Source: Acidobacteriota bacterium
GTDB lineage: Bacteria > Acidobacteriota > G020349885
NCBI GenBank assembly: GCA_020349885.1
Contig: CP070701.1
Span: 907,880-971,879 of the forward strand
DNA: 64,000 nucleotides
Direction of reading: 5' to 3'
Shown here: piece by piece, positions 41,847-50,956 of the stretch
How positions within the stretch are numbered: position 1 is the first letter of the stretch
Layout: each line of letters begins with the position of its first letter
Notes under the pieces: model-generated
The model's database searches: none
Told to the model about the DNA's origin: nothing
What the model saw: the letters and a program-made list of their open reading frames with translations, nothing else
Position numbers and translations under genes: made by a program

Positions 41847-42189
41847 GGTTTGGCCCTCATGAGGATACCATGAAACCGTTAGTAAAATGCAAATTTTTTT
41901 CTTGACTTCCGCTTTTTTTTTTGGTAAGGTTTTCTGCTTCAGTGCATCGCAGAAAAAGCTGCGGCCTACCAAATCGCCCGCCCGGGCGGGGTGGTGGCTT
42001 TGGAAAGTCGGCCTCCGAATTGAGAGGAACTCGATTGCCTGCGGGGTGTTGAAGAAAATTGCTTGAACACGTGGAAAAACTACGCCGTGGTGCGCTCGCC
42101 CGCAGGGTGGACGCACACGTTCGTCAGAGGGTTCCAGAAGTCCGTCGGGGCGGCGGGACCGTCTGGAAGGCGAAAAAACGAGAGGCAAC

Positions 42190-42855
42190 ATGTTCAGGAA
42201 AACGATCGCTCTGGCGTTGTGCATGACGCTCGCAACGGTGGTGTTTCCGGCCCCAAGTCCGCAGCAACCCGCCGGGGAGGAGTCGTCCACGGAGCCGGCC
42301 CCAAGTCCGCAGCAACCCGCCGGGGAGGAGTCGTCCACGGAGCTGGCCCCAAGTCCACAGCAACCCGCCGAGGGGGAGTCGTCTACGGAGCCGGCCACGG
42401 AGCGGGAGAGCGAAACACCGGAAGCGCAACCCAAGGCGCCGCCTAAACGGCGGGCGGCGGTGGCCATTGTGGTGAATAAGAAAAACCCGGTGAGCGATAT
42501 TTCCCTGGCAAAGCTCAAGGACATCTTTCTCGGCGTCCAGCAGTCTTGGAATGGCGGCGACCGAATTGTCACCGTCGGCCGCGAGGAAGGCTCCAAGGAG
42601 AGGGAAATCGTTCTCGACAAAATTTACAACATGTCCGGAACACAGCTAAAGCAGTACTGGACGGCGAAGGTCATCCGCGGGAACAACGTCAATCCGCCGA
42701 AAACCTTCCCTTCGGACGTGCTGATCAAGCAGCTTGTCCAGCGCGTTCCCAACGCCGTCGGGTACATTCGTGCCGACCAGGCGGACGACTCGGTGAAAGT
42801 TCTCAAGGTCGAGGGGAAGGAACCCGGACAAGCGGGCTATCCCGTAGCCCGGTAA
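42190..42855 (+). CDS. Secreted PBP-like (phosphate-binding-protein fold) protein with N-terminal PSPQQPAGEESSTE repeats
   Basis: Signal peptide. Three 16-aa repeats. The PBP-like domain matches the PstS/PhoT-type pattern (VGYIRADQADDSVKVLKVEG). Confidence 0.65.
   Translation: MFRKTIALALCMTLATVVFPAPSPQQPAGEESSTEPAPSPQQPAGEESSTELAPSPQQPAEGESSTEPATERESETPEAQPKAPPKRRAAVAIVVNKKNPVSDISLAKLKDIFLGVQQSWNGGDRIVTVGREEGSKEREIVLDKIYNMSGTQLKQYWTAKVIRGNNVNPPKTFPSDVLIKQLVQRVPNAVGYIRADQADDSVKVLKVEGKEPGQAGYPVAR
42250..42393 (+). repeat. 3 x 48-nt in-frame tandem repeat within the PBP-like gene
   Basis: The unit gccccaagtccgcagcaacccgccggggaggagtcgtccacggagccg repeats at 42250, 42298 and 42346. The third copy is diverged. 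Confidence 0.8.
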
Positions 42856-42861
42856 GCCTGC

Positions 42862-44298
42862 ATGAACATCAAGGCGAAGCTTTTTGCGGTCTTTGCCGCT
42901 ATTGCTTTAATGCTGTGCGTCAACATCGGCGTCCATTTCTGGAGCGTCGGCCAGCGAAGAGTTGCTTTCACGAAGCTCGACAAGGCGCTGCAGCGGGAAG
43001 ACCTTCTAAGGCAGGCCGAGCACAATCTCCAGAACCAGGTCAAGGAGATCGCTTTGCTGGGGGAGATGAGCCTCACCGCAAGCGGCGAGTCTCTCGGGGA
43101 AAGCCCCATCGAGCGCCTGGATTACCAGGATAAGCTGTCGGGGCTTGCCGACCAGCTGATTTCGTTGAGCGAGGGTGAATCCGCGGCAAGGGCTTTCGCG
43201 CTTCAGGGCGACATCGCCACTCTTTCCACCGCGTGGGCCCAGTTTTACCAGCACATTTACAGCGATCCCGTGCAGGCCATCGCGGTGCTCGCCCTCGAGG
43301 CGGAGCCTTTGAGCGAGCGCCTGAGCGAGCAGTTCCTTCCCGCTTGGAAGGAGCATGAGACGCAAACTGTCGGGGAGGCGAAACAGAAAACCGAGGCGGT
43401 GAATCGCATGACTGGGCGAATGGCGACCGCCGCCTTCATCGCCACCGCCATCCTGGTGGTGGGAGTGGCCGTTTTTTCGTTTCGCGCCCAGGACGATCTG
43501 TCCCGCAAAACGCAGGCGTTGTTAGCAGCGGAAAAAACGGCGGCACATCAAAAAGCGGAATTGGAAACCGCCGAGCACATTCAAATGGTTATGCTGCCCG
43601 CGTCCGTGACGATACCGGGCTACGACCTCTCGGCTATGATGAAGCCCGCGAGCGAGGTCGGGGGAGACTTTTTCGACTTTCACAAGGACCCCCACAATAA
43701 AACCTGGATCAGCATCGGGGACGTGACCGGCCACGGCCTGACGTCCGGCCTCGTGATGATGATTACCCAGACGGTTTTCGAGACCGTCGTTGGCATGTCC
43801 AAAAACGGAAACAGCCCCAAGGACACCATCCTGACCCTCAACCGCATGCTTTACGGCTACATTCACCAGCGGCTGAACATCGACAAGCACATCACGGCCA
43901 TGATCCTGCGGGAGGAAGGGGACGGGAATTTCACCTACTCGGGGTCTCACGAGGAAATTCTAATCTATCGGAACGCCTCCCAAACCGTTGAGCGCATAGA
44001 GACGCCCGGTGGCTGGCTGGGTGTCTTTCACGACATCGGCTACTGCACCCGGGAAAGGACGTTCCGACTAAACAAAGGCGACATCCTGCTGCTCTACACG
44101 GACGGCATCACCGAGGCGCGAAACGCCGAAGGCCGGGTCTTCGGCCTGGATAACCTGTCCAGCAACCTCAAGCGAAACCGTGACCTGCCCGCGGAGCGAA
44201 TTATCGCCGGTCTCATGGAGACCGTGGATTCGTGGGCCGAAGAACAGCACGACGACCGAACCTGCATAGTCATGAAAAAGGAAGAGAGTTCATTATGA
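42862..44298 (+). CDS. Membrane sensor PP2C-family Ser/Thr phosphatase (SiaA/RsbU-like)
   Basis: TM1, ~150-aa periplasmic segment, TM2, coiled coil, then a SpoIIE/PP2C domain (EVGGDFFDF, GDVTGHGLTSG, LYTDGITEARN). Confidence 0.8.
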   Translation: MNIKAKLFAVFAAIALMLCVNIGVHFWSVGQRRVAFTKLDKALQREDLLRQAEHNLQNQVKEIALLGEMSLTASGESLGESPIERLDYQDKLSGLADQLISLSEGESAARAFALQGDIATLSTAWAQFYQHIYSDPVQAIAVLALEAEPLSERLSEQFLPAWKEHETQTVGEAKQKTEAVNRMTGRMATAAFIATAILVVGVAVFSFRAQDDLSRKTQALLAAEKTAAHQKAELETAEHIQMVMLPASVTIPGYDLSAMMKPASEVGGDFFDFHKDPHNKTWISIGDVTGHGLTSGLVMMITQTVFETVVGMSKNGNSPKDTILTLNRMLYGYIHQRLNIDKHITAMILREEGDGNFTYSGSHEEILIYRNASQTVERIETPGGWLGVFHDIGYCTRERTFRLNKGDILLLYTDGITEARNAEGRVFGLDNLSSNLKRNRDLPAERIIAGLMETVDSWAEEQHDDRTCIVMKKEESSL

Positions 44299-44777
44299 CT
44301 ATCCACACCCGCTCCAAGCCGGGCTACATCGAAGTCAAATTCCAGCCCGAATGGATCTACATCAGCTGCATCCAAACCTTTGTGATGGCCTTTTTCGCCG
44401 TGAGCTGCGTCGAGCCTCTCGCGGCCCAGAGAATCGCTCTGATTATCACCGAGCTCCTAGAAAACGCCATCAAATATTCAAGCGGCCGCCAGGCCCTGAC
44501 CCGCATCGCCGTCGAAGACAGCGGGAACCAGGTCAAGGCGCAGGTGAGCAATACGGCCAGCGAGGAGAACATTACCGAGCTGAAAAGGACGATCGAGGAC
44601 ATCAACAAGTATTCTCCTCAAGAAGCGTATCTCAAAAGGCTGGAAAAGGCCGCTACGCGAACGGACGAAAAAAGCCAGGTGGGGCTGGCAAGGGTTCGCT
44701 TTGAAGGACGGGCCGACCTTCAGTTGAACATCGAAGGGAGCGAAGTCTCCATGACGGCACTATATAAACTGGATTGA
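44295..44777 (+). CDS. HATPase-type Ser/Thr kinase (SiaB/RsbW-like anti-sigma-factor-type kinase)
   Basis: 160 aa. ITELLENAIKYS N-box. ATGA overlap with the phosphatase gene. Confidence 0.7.
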   Translation: MTIHTRSKPGYIEVKFQPEWIYISCIQTFVMAFFAVSCVEPLAAQRIALIITELLENAIKYSSGRQALTRIAVEDSGNQVKAQVSNTASEENITELKRTIEDINKYSPQEAYLKRLEKAATRTDEKSQVGLARVRFEGRADLQLNIEGSEVSMTALYKLD

Positions 44778-44796
44778 CGGAAGCAAAGGAAACGCC

Positions 44797-45171
44797 ATGT
44801 ACGAGATACCGACGTTGGAGACGAAAACGGTAAAGGTCGAGACGCAGGTGGGCAAGGACAGCCTGCTCATCCGCGTCGTCGGAGCCATCACCGAGCAGGA
44901 GCCCGGCAAGACATTAAACCCCTATTTCGGGTCCCTCCATGAGGCGATCCAGGCAAGGGGCCTGAATACGGTGAAGCTGGACCTCAGGCAATTGACGCTT
45001 GTGAATTCTTCCGGGATTGTGTGCATCCTGAGGTGGGTCAAGCGCGTACAGCAATCCACGGAAAAACGCTATCCCATCATCATCCGCTACGATCCGGAGA
45101 TTCTGTGGCAGAGAATCAGTTTGAAAAGCCTGCAGATGATGGCTCCGGACGTGGTTCAGGTGATGGAGTAG
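44797..45171 (+). CDS. DUF1987 / SiaC-like partner-switching target protein
   Basis: 124 aa. Paralog of 1204..1593. Follows the kinase after a 19-nt gap. Confidence 0.7.
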   Translation: MYEIPTLETKTVKVETQVGKDSLLIRVVGAITEQEPGKTLNPYFGSLHEAIQARGLNTVKLDLRQLTLVNSSGIVCILRWVKRVQQSTEKRYPIIIRYDPEILWQRISLKSLQMMAPDVVQVME

Positions 45172-45239
45172 GGCGCGTTGCGCAAGAAAAGCGCCCCGGA
45201 ACACGCTTTCCCCGGTTGGAACGGAGGCCCGGCCGCGCG

Positions 45240-46025
45240 GTGAACGAAACCCTTAAGCGCCTCGTCCGCATGCAGGAGGTCCACTCGGCGCGCGAGGAAA
45301 CGGTCGAAGACCTTGCCATGCTCCCCGAGCGCAGAGACGTCCTTCAAGAGGAAAGCGAGGCGTTCCAGGCGAACCTGTCGGCGCTTTCGGACCGCATCGC
45401 CTCACTACGCAGTACGATTCGCTCGCTCAAGGGTGACCTGGAAAAACTCAAGGAGAAGAGAGACGGTTTCGAGTCACGGTTTTTAGAGATGGAAACGAGC
45501 GCGGCCTACGGAGCGCTTCTTCCCGAGATCGAAGACGTCGAGAGGGAGATAAGGAAAACAGAGGACCAGATTATTCAACAGAAGCATGCGGAGGAGGATG
45601 CTCACAGGGAGGTGGAAGCGCAGGAACGCAAGAAGCCCGCGCTCAAGCGTCGCATAGAGGAAGAGCAGAAGGAGCTTGATGAGATGGAGCGGGAGCTCTC
45701 CGCGCGCCACGGCGAGCTCGAAGCGCGTTGGGCCGAGGAAAGCGAGGCGCTCGACGGGAAAATGCTTGAAGTTTTCATGCGCTTGGTCAAAAACCAAGAC
45801 GGCGTCGCCGTCGCGCGCATCAAGAGCGTCTGCGAGGCCTGCGGCGCGCGCGTGAGCGAGCAGCGCGTGCAGGGAGTGCGCGAGGGCGAGGAGGTGCTTC
45901 AGTGCGAGAATTGCGGCCGCATCCTCTACTGTGAAGAGGCCGAGCCGGAAACCCCCGCGGCTCACGCGGACGGCCGGGAAGCGCGAGAGAACGCACGGGC
46001 GAATCCTTCGCCCCCGTCGTCGTAA
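45240..46025 (+). CDS. Coiled-coil protein with C-terminal C4 zinc ribbon (COG1579-like)
   Basis: GTG start. Long coiled coil, then CEACGARV...CENCGRILYC. Confidence 0.7.
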   Translation: MNETLKRLVRMQEVHSAREETVEDLAMLPERRDVLQEESEAFQANLSALSDRIASLRSTIRSLKGDLEKLKEKRDGFESRFLEMETSAAYGALLPEIEDVEREIRKTEDQIIQQKHAEEDAHREVEAQERKKPALKRRIEEEQKELDEMERELSARHGELEARWAEESEALDGKMLEVFMRLVKNQDGVAVARIKSVCEACGARVSEQRVQGVREGEEVLQCENCGRILYCEEAEPETPAAHADGREARENARANPSPPSS

Positions 46026-46102
46026 GGAAAGCGGCGGCGCCGGCGATTTTTCCCTAGCGCCCGTTCCGAAACCTGTTTTTTCTCCCTGAAGGTGGGAGGG
46101 AA

Positions 46103-47482
46103 TTAAACCTTCTTCTCCTTCCATTTCCCGCGCTGGAACCAGAGCGGCAACAGGGTTCCGTTCAACACCATCGTCAAGGCGATGGCCCACCAGATGCCCG
46201 TGGCCGAGCCGAAGAAATCCGGCCTCGACAGGAGGTAGGCCAGGGGAATCTTGGCAAAAAACAAGGGCACGCTGATGAGCATGGGGGGTATCGTGTTGCC
46301 CGCGCCGATGAACGCGGATTCGATGACCATGTCGAAGGCGGAGAACACCTGCGGGATTGCGACGATGCGCAGGTAGATGGTGCCGGCCTTGATGATGGCG
46401 GGGTCGTCGGTGAAAATCCGCATCAGGAACGCGGGAAAGAGAAGGAACATTCCCCCCATAAAGGCCGAAACGTACGCGGCGTAGCGCATGCTCCGCCATG
46501 CGCATGCCTCGGCGCGGTCGGGGTTTCCGGCGCCTAGGTTCTGGCCGACGAGCGTCGCCGCCGCTTCCCCGAAGCCCACGCCGGTGAAGTAGGTGACCGA
46601 TTCGAGCTTGTGCCCTATCCCGAGCGCCGCCATGGCGGGCACGCCGAACTGCGTCGTGATGCGCGTTAGCCACATGTAAACGAAGCAGAAGAAGGTGCCC
46701 GAAGCGGAGGCCGGCAAGCCGATTTTGAGGAGTTTTTTGTAGATTCCTGTGTCTGGGATGAATCTTGAGAGCACGGGAGGCGCCGTGCGTCCGTACATGA
46801 AGGAGGGAAGGTACACAAACGCGATTACGAGTCCCACGGCGCCCGAGAAGATGGTCGCAATCGCCGCTCCGGCGACGCCCATCTCCGGAAACCCGAGCCA
46901 CCCGAAAATCAGCAGGGGGTCGAGCACGGCATTGAGGACGAGCGAAAAGATGAGGATGTACATGGGCGTCTTCGCGTCGCCCGAGCCCATGAAAACGGCC
47001 TCCATGGCGTTCACCACGAAGAACACCGGAAGCCCGAATAAAATAATCGTCAGGTAGGAAAGGCCGAATTCCGTAACTTGGGGCGGCGTTTGCATAAAGC
47101 GGAAAATTCCCTTGAGCGCAAGGAGGAACGCGCCCCCCACTACGAGCGACGCGACGAGCGAGAACCCTATGCCCTGCCATCCCTGGTAGGCGGCGCGCGT
47201 GATGTCGCCTTCGCCCACCCGGCGCGCTACGAGCGCCAGCACGCCCGTTTCCACGACCTCCCCAAGCGAGAGAACCAACCAAAAGACGAAGCTCGAGACG
47301 CTCACCGCCGCGATGGCTTCGCCGCCGAGCCGTCCTATCCAGATCATGTCCACTATTTCGAAGGCCGAATGCACAAGGAGGCCCGCCGTGGTGGGAATCG
47401 CGAGCGAGAAGATGCCCCGCCGGATGCTTCCTTCGGTGAGCAGTTTCCTGCGGGAGGCTACTGGCTGTCGAGTGTCTTGCAT
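46103..47482 (-). CDS. MATE family efflux transporter, copy 1
   Basis: 459 aa, 12 TM segments. Typical MATE N-terminus (RRKLLTEGSIRRGIFSLAIPT). Confidence 0.85.
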   Translation of the reverse strand: MQDTRQPVASRRKLLTEGSIRRGIFSLAIPTTAGLLVHSAFEIVDMIWIGRLGGEAIAAVSVSSFVFWLVLSLGEVVETGVLALVARRVGEGDITRAAYQGWQGIGFSLVASLVVGGAFLLALKGIFRFMQTPPQVTEFGLSYLTIILFGLPVFFVVNAMEAVFMGSGDAKTPMYILIFSLVLNAVLDPLLIFGWLGFPEMGVAGAAIATIFSGAVGLVIAFVYLPSFMYGRTAPPVLSRFIPDTGIYKKLLKIGLPASASGTFFCFVYMWLTRITTQFGVPAMAALGIGHKLESVTYFTGVGFGEAAATLVGQNLGAGNPDRAEACAWRSMRYAAYVSAFMGGMFLLFPAFLMRIFTDDPAIIKAGTIYLRIVAIPQVFSAFDMVIESAFIGAGNTIPPMLISVPLFFAKIPLAYLLSRPDFFGSATGIWWAIALTMVLNGTLLPLWFQRGKWKEKKV

Positions 47483-47527
47483 GGGGCTAGATAGAGGCCG
47501 GGGCCGGGCGGCACCGTTATTTTTTCC

Positions 47528-48907
47528 TTAAACCCTCTTCTCCTTCCATTTCCCACGCTGGAACCAGAGCGGCATCAGGATTCCGTTCGCCACTATCGTC
47601 GAGGCGATGCCCCACCAGATGCCCGTGGCCGAGCCAAAGAAAGCCGGCCTCGACAGGACGTACGCGAGGGGAATCTTGCAAAAAAACAGGGGTATGTTGA
47701 TGAGCATGGGTGGGATCGTGTTGCCCGCGCCGACGAACGCCGATTCGAAGACGATCTCGGAGGCGGCGAACACCTGCGGGACCGCAATGATGCGAAGGTA
47801 GAGGGCTCCGGCCTCGATGATGGCGGGATCGTCGGTGAAAATCCGCATCAGGTAAGTGGGAAAGAGAAGGAACAACCCCCCCATGAAGGCCGAAACGTAC
47901 GCGGCGTAGCGCGCGCTCCGCCATGCGCATTTCTCGGCGCGGTCGGGGTTTTGCGCGCCGAGGTTCTGCCCGACGAGCGTCGCCGCCGCTTCCCCGAATC
48001 CCACGCTCGTGAAGTAGGAGACCGACTCGAGCTTGTGCCCGATCCCGAGCGCCGCCATGGCGGGCACGCCGAACTGCGTCGTGATGCGCGTGAGACACAC
48101 GTACACGAAGCAGAAGAAGGTGTGCGAAGAGGAAGCCGGCACGCCGATTTGGAGGATTCTTTTATAGACCCTTGCGTCGGGGATGATTCTCGAAAGCAAG
48201 GGAGGCGCCGTGCGTCCGTACATGAAGGAGGGAAGGTACAGGAACGCGACAATGAGTCCCACGGCGCTCGAGAAGACGGTCGCAATCGCCGCTCCGGCGA
48301 CGCCCAACTCCGGAAACCCGAGCCACCCGAAAATCAGCAGGGGATCGAGCGCGGCGTTCAGGACGAGCGAGAAGATGGCAATGCACATTGGCGTCTTCGC
48401 GTCGCCCGAAGCCTTGAACACGGCGTCCAGAACGTAAAACACGAACAACACCGGAAGCCCGTACAGAACGATCGTCAGGTAGGAAATGCCGAGCTCCGTG
48501 ACTTCGGACGGCGTTTGCATAAAGCGGAAAACGCTCTTGAGCCCGAGGAGAAACGCGAGCCCCACGACGAGCGACGCGACGATCGAGAACCCTATGCCTT
48601 GCCACGCCTGGTAGGCGGCGCGCGAGGTGTCGCCCTCGCCCACCCGGCGCGCCACGAGCGCCAGCACGCCGAAAACCACGCCCTCCGAAAGCGAGAAAAG
48701 CATCCAAATGATGAAGCTCGAGACGCTCACCGCCGCGATGGCCTCGCCGCCGAGCCGCCCTATCCAGATCATGTCCACCATCTCGAAAGCCGAATGCACA
48801 AGGAGGGCCGCCGTCGTGGGAATTGCAAGCGAGAAGATGCCCCGCGGGATGCTTCCTTCGGTGAGGAGCTTCCTGCGGGAAGCCGTCGGCTGTAGAGAGT
48901 CTTGCAT
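47528..48907 (-). CDS. MATE family efflux transporter, copy 2 (tandem duplicate)
   Basis: 459 aa. About 75% identical to copy 1 over the full length. Confidence 0.85.
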   Translation of the reverse strand: MQDSLQPTASRRKLLTEGSIPRGIFSLAIPTTAALLVHSAFEMVDMIWIGRLGGEAIAAVSVSSFIIWMLFSLSEGVVFGVLALVARRVGEGDTSRAAYQAWQGIGFSIVASLVVGLAFLLGLKSVFRFMQTPSEVTELGISYLTIVLYGLPVLFVFYVLDAVFKASGDAKTPMCIAIFSLVLNAALDPLLIFGWLGFPELGVAGAAIATVFSSAVGLIVAFLYLPSFMYGRTAPPLLSRIIPDARVYKRILQIGVPASSSHTFFCFVYVCLTRITTQFGVPAMAALGIGHKLESVSYFTSVGFGEAAATLVGQNLGAQNPDRAEKCAWRSARYAAYVSAFMGGLFLLFPTYLMRIFTDDPAIIEAGALYLRIIAVPQVFAASEIVFESAFVGAGNTIPPMLINIPLFFCKIPLAYVLSRPAFFGSATGIWWGIASTIVANGILMPLWFQRGKWKEKRV

Positions 48908-49061
48908 GGGGCGAGCTAAAGCCCCGTGTAAAGCATCATAAATTCCTTAATAAAACCGCGCCCTTTCCGCCGGAGCGCTTTGGCGCGGGACTCCTGCTGT
49001 CCATGATGAAAAAACACGAATCCGCTCGGCCGGAAGGCACGGCTTAAAGACCCGAACTACG

Positions 49062-49081
49062 GACGCGATGCCGCGTCTTTT
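49062..49081. terminator. Palindromic hairpin plus T-run in the intergenic region downstream of the aminotransferase gene
   Basis: gacgcg-atgc-cgcgtc followed by tttt. The T-run is on the plus strand, so the orientation relative to the minus-strand gene is imperfect. Confidence 0.3.
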
Positions 49082-49117
49082 GGGAAAATCCTGGGCTGCG
49101 GGCTTTGCGGTTGTTTC

Positions 49118-50293
49118 TTATCCGCTCGCGAACTTATTGAGGCGCTCCATCGCCTCGCGCAGGCGGTCTTCCGGAACGGCGTAGGAGATGCGGACGTAAC
49201 CGTCCATGCCGAAGTCCGCCCCCGGCACGACGGCCACGTATGCCTCCTCGAGAAGCTTTGCCGCGAACGCGTTCGACGTTTCGAGGCCCATGCGCTTCAT
49301 CACGCCTTTGACGGAGGGGAAGACGTAGAAGGCGCCCTCGGGATTCGTCGTATCGATGCCCGGCATGGCCCGGAGGGCCTGGACCACGAGGTCGCGCCGC
49401 TTGCGGTAGCCCTCGATGAGCGGAGCAAGCTCCGCCGCGGGCAGGTGCAGCGCGTCCACGGCCGCTTTTTGCACGAACGTGGCCGTGTTCGAGACGGTGT
49501 GGCTTTGCAGGTTCGCCATCGCGCTCACGAGTTCCTTGGAGCCAATGGTGTAGCCTACGCGCCAGCCGGTCATGGCGTAGGGCTTCGAGAAGGTGTGCGT
49601 GAGGAGAATGTGCTCGAGCGCGTCCGGCTCGGAAAAATGCTCCGCTAGCGAGGCAAACGTCCCTTCGTAGTCGTAGACCTCGTAGCACTCGTCGCCCACG
49701 AGGACGATGCCGCGCTCCTTGGCCAGGCGGACCAGGGCGTTCAGGTTGTCCCGCGGGATGATGCGCCCCGTGGGGTTGGAGGGGGAGTTCACGACGACGG
49801 CCTTCGTGCGCGGCGTGAGCGCGCCCTCGACGTGGCGCGCCTCAAGGACTAGTCCGGAATCCTCGGTCGAGACGACGACAGACTTCCCTTCGGCAAGCTC
49901 CACCTGCGGCGGGTACGAGACCCAATAGGGAGCGGGGACGATGACCTCGTCTCCGCGGTCGAGGAGCCCGAGGAAGTTGTGGTAGAGCGCGCCCTTGCCG
50001 CCGACGCTTATGAAAACGTTCTGAAACGAGAGCTTGCAGCCGTACTTCTTGTTGTAGTGCTCCGCGATGGCTTCGCGTAGCTCCTTGACGCCGGCGGAGG
50101 GAGGGTAGCGCGTGTGGCCTTCCTTGATGGCGCGCTCGCCGGCCTCGCACACGGCGGGGAACGTCGCGAAATCGGGCTCGCCGGGGCCTAGGCCGATGAC
50201 GTCTTTTCCCTTGGCGCGCAGCTCGCCGGCTTGGCGCTTGACTTTGAAGGTGCCGGACTCTGGGATGCTCTGGGCACGGGAGGATAGTTTCAT
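49118..50293 (-). CDS. Class-I PLP-dependent aminotransferase (aspartate/aromatic aminotransferase-like)
   Basis: 391 aa. PLP-lysine region HTFSKPYAMTGWRVGY. NPTG motif. Confidence 0.85.
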   Translation of the reverse strand: MKLSSRAQSIPESGTFKVKRQAGELRAKGKDVIGLGPGEPDFATFPAVCEAGERAIKEGHTRYPPSAGVKELREAIAEHYNKKYGCKLSFQNVFISVGGKGALYHNFLGLLDRGDEVIVPAPYWVSYPPQVELAEGKSVVVSTEDSGLVLEARHVEGALTPRTKAVVVNSPSNPTGRIIPRDNLNALVRLAKERGIVLVGDECYEVYDYEGTFASLAEHFSEPDALEHILLTHTFSKPYAMTGWRVGYTIGSKELVSAMANLQSHTVSNTATFVQKAAVDALHLPAAELAPLIEGYRKRRDLVVQALRAMPGIDTTNPEGAFYVFPSVKGVMKRMGLETSNAFAAKLLEEAYVAVVPGADFGMDGYVRISYAVPEDRLREAMERLNKFASG

Positions 50294-50338
50294 TGTCTTG
50301 TGTACCTTATTCGGGAATGCTCCGTGGAGAGGAGAGTT

Positions 50339-50836
50339 TCATTGGTTGGTGTACTTTTTGCGAAGCGCCCGCGCAACCACGGCGGGTACCAGGCCCTTGA
50401 CGCTTCCGCCGAGGAAGGCGATTTCCTTCACAAGGCGGCTGCTCACGTGAGTGTAATCAGTCTTGGGCATCATGAAGACGGTTTCGATGCGCGGGGCGAG
50501 GCGGCGATTCATAAGCGCCATCTGGAACTCGTACTCGAAATCGGAAATTTCCCGAAGGCCCCGCACGAGGATGTTCGAGCGCTTTCGCTTGGCGAAATCC
50601 ACAAGCAGGCCGTCGAACGCCTCGACGGAAAAATTCTGCGGCCAGCGCCGCGCGGCCCGGATCATGGCGATGCGCTCCCGGAGTGAAAAAAGCGGCTCTT
50701 TCTGCGGATTCTTCAGCACGGCCACGACGACGCGGCCGAAAATTTTGAGGCAGCGCTCCACTACGTCTATGTGTCCCATCGTGACGGGGTCGAACGAGCC
50801 GGGATAGAGGACAACCGTGCTGGCGGCTTTGGCCAT
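50339..50836 (-). CDS. coaD: Phosphopantetheine adenylyltransferase
   Basis: YPGSFDPVTMGHIDV is the H/TxGH nucleotidyltransferase motif. 165 aa. Confidence 0.9.
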   Translation of the reverse strand: MAKAASTVVLYPGSFDPVTMGHIDVVERCLKIFGRVVVAVLKNPQKEPLFSLRERIAMIRAARRWPQNFSVEAFDGLLVDFAKRKRSNILVRGLREISDFEYEFQMALMNRRLAPRIETVFMMPKTDYTHVSSRLVKEIAFLGGSVKGLVPAVVARALRKKYTNQ

Positions 50837-50956
50837 GGAGCATCAGTTTAGCAGAGACGCGTGAGGCGTTGCAAGCGGATTCCGGCCTCCCATACCCCGA
50901 GAAAACCGCGCAAGAAAATTTGAATGTTTTTCCCCAATGTGCTATGCTCCGTTGCC

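Noticed and set aside
40299-42620. 773-aa version of TPR paralog 5 with a long N-terminal extension
   Set aside because: The extension (41847-42620) is R/S/G-rich and absent from the other five paralogs. The conserved KKFLW...AAAAWW anchor begins at the internal ATG 41846. The extension also runs through the divergent promoter region of gene 42190.
46029-46055. Possible intrinsic terminator after the zinc-ribbon gene (gcggcggcgccggcgattttt)
   Set aside because: The T-run is present but I could only fold a 4-bp stem with a 3-nt loop. That is too weak to call with confidence.
45483-47282. 599-aa minus-strand ORF overlapping the zinc-ribbon gene and MATE copy 1; also 50942-52624 (560 aa) opposite serA
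   Set aside because: High-GC alternate-frame artefacts with extreme Arg/Gly content. The annotated genes on the same DNA have strong family motifs.
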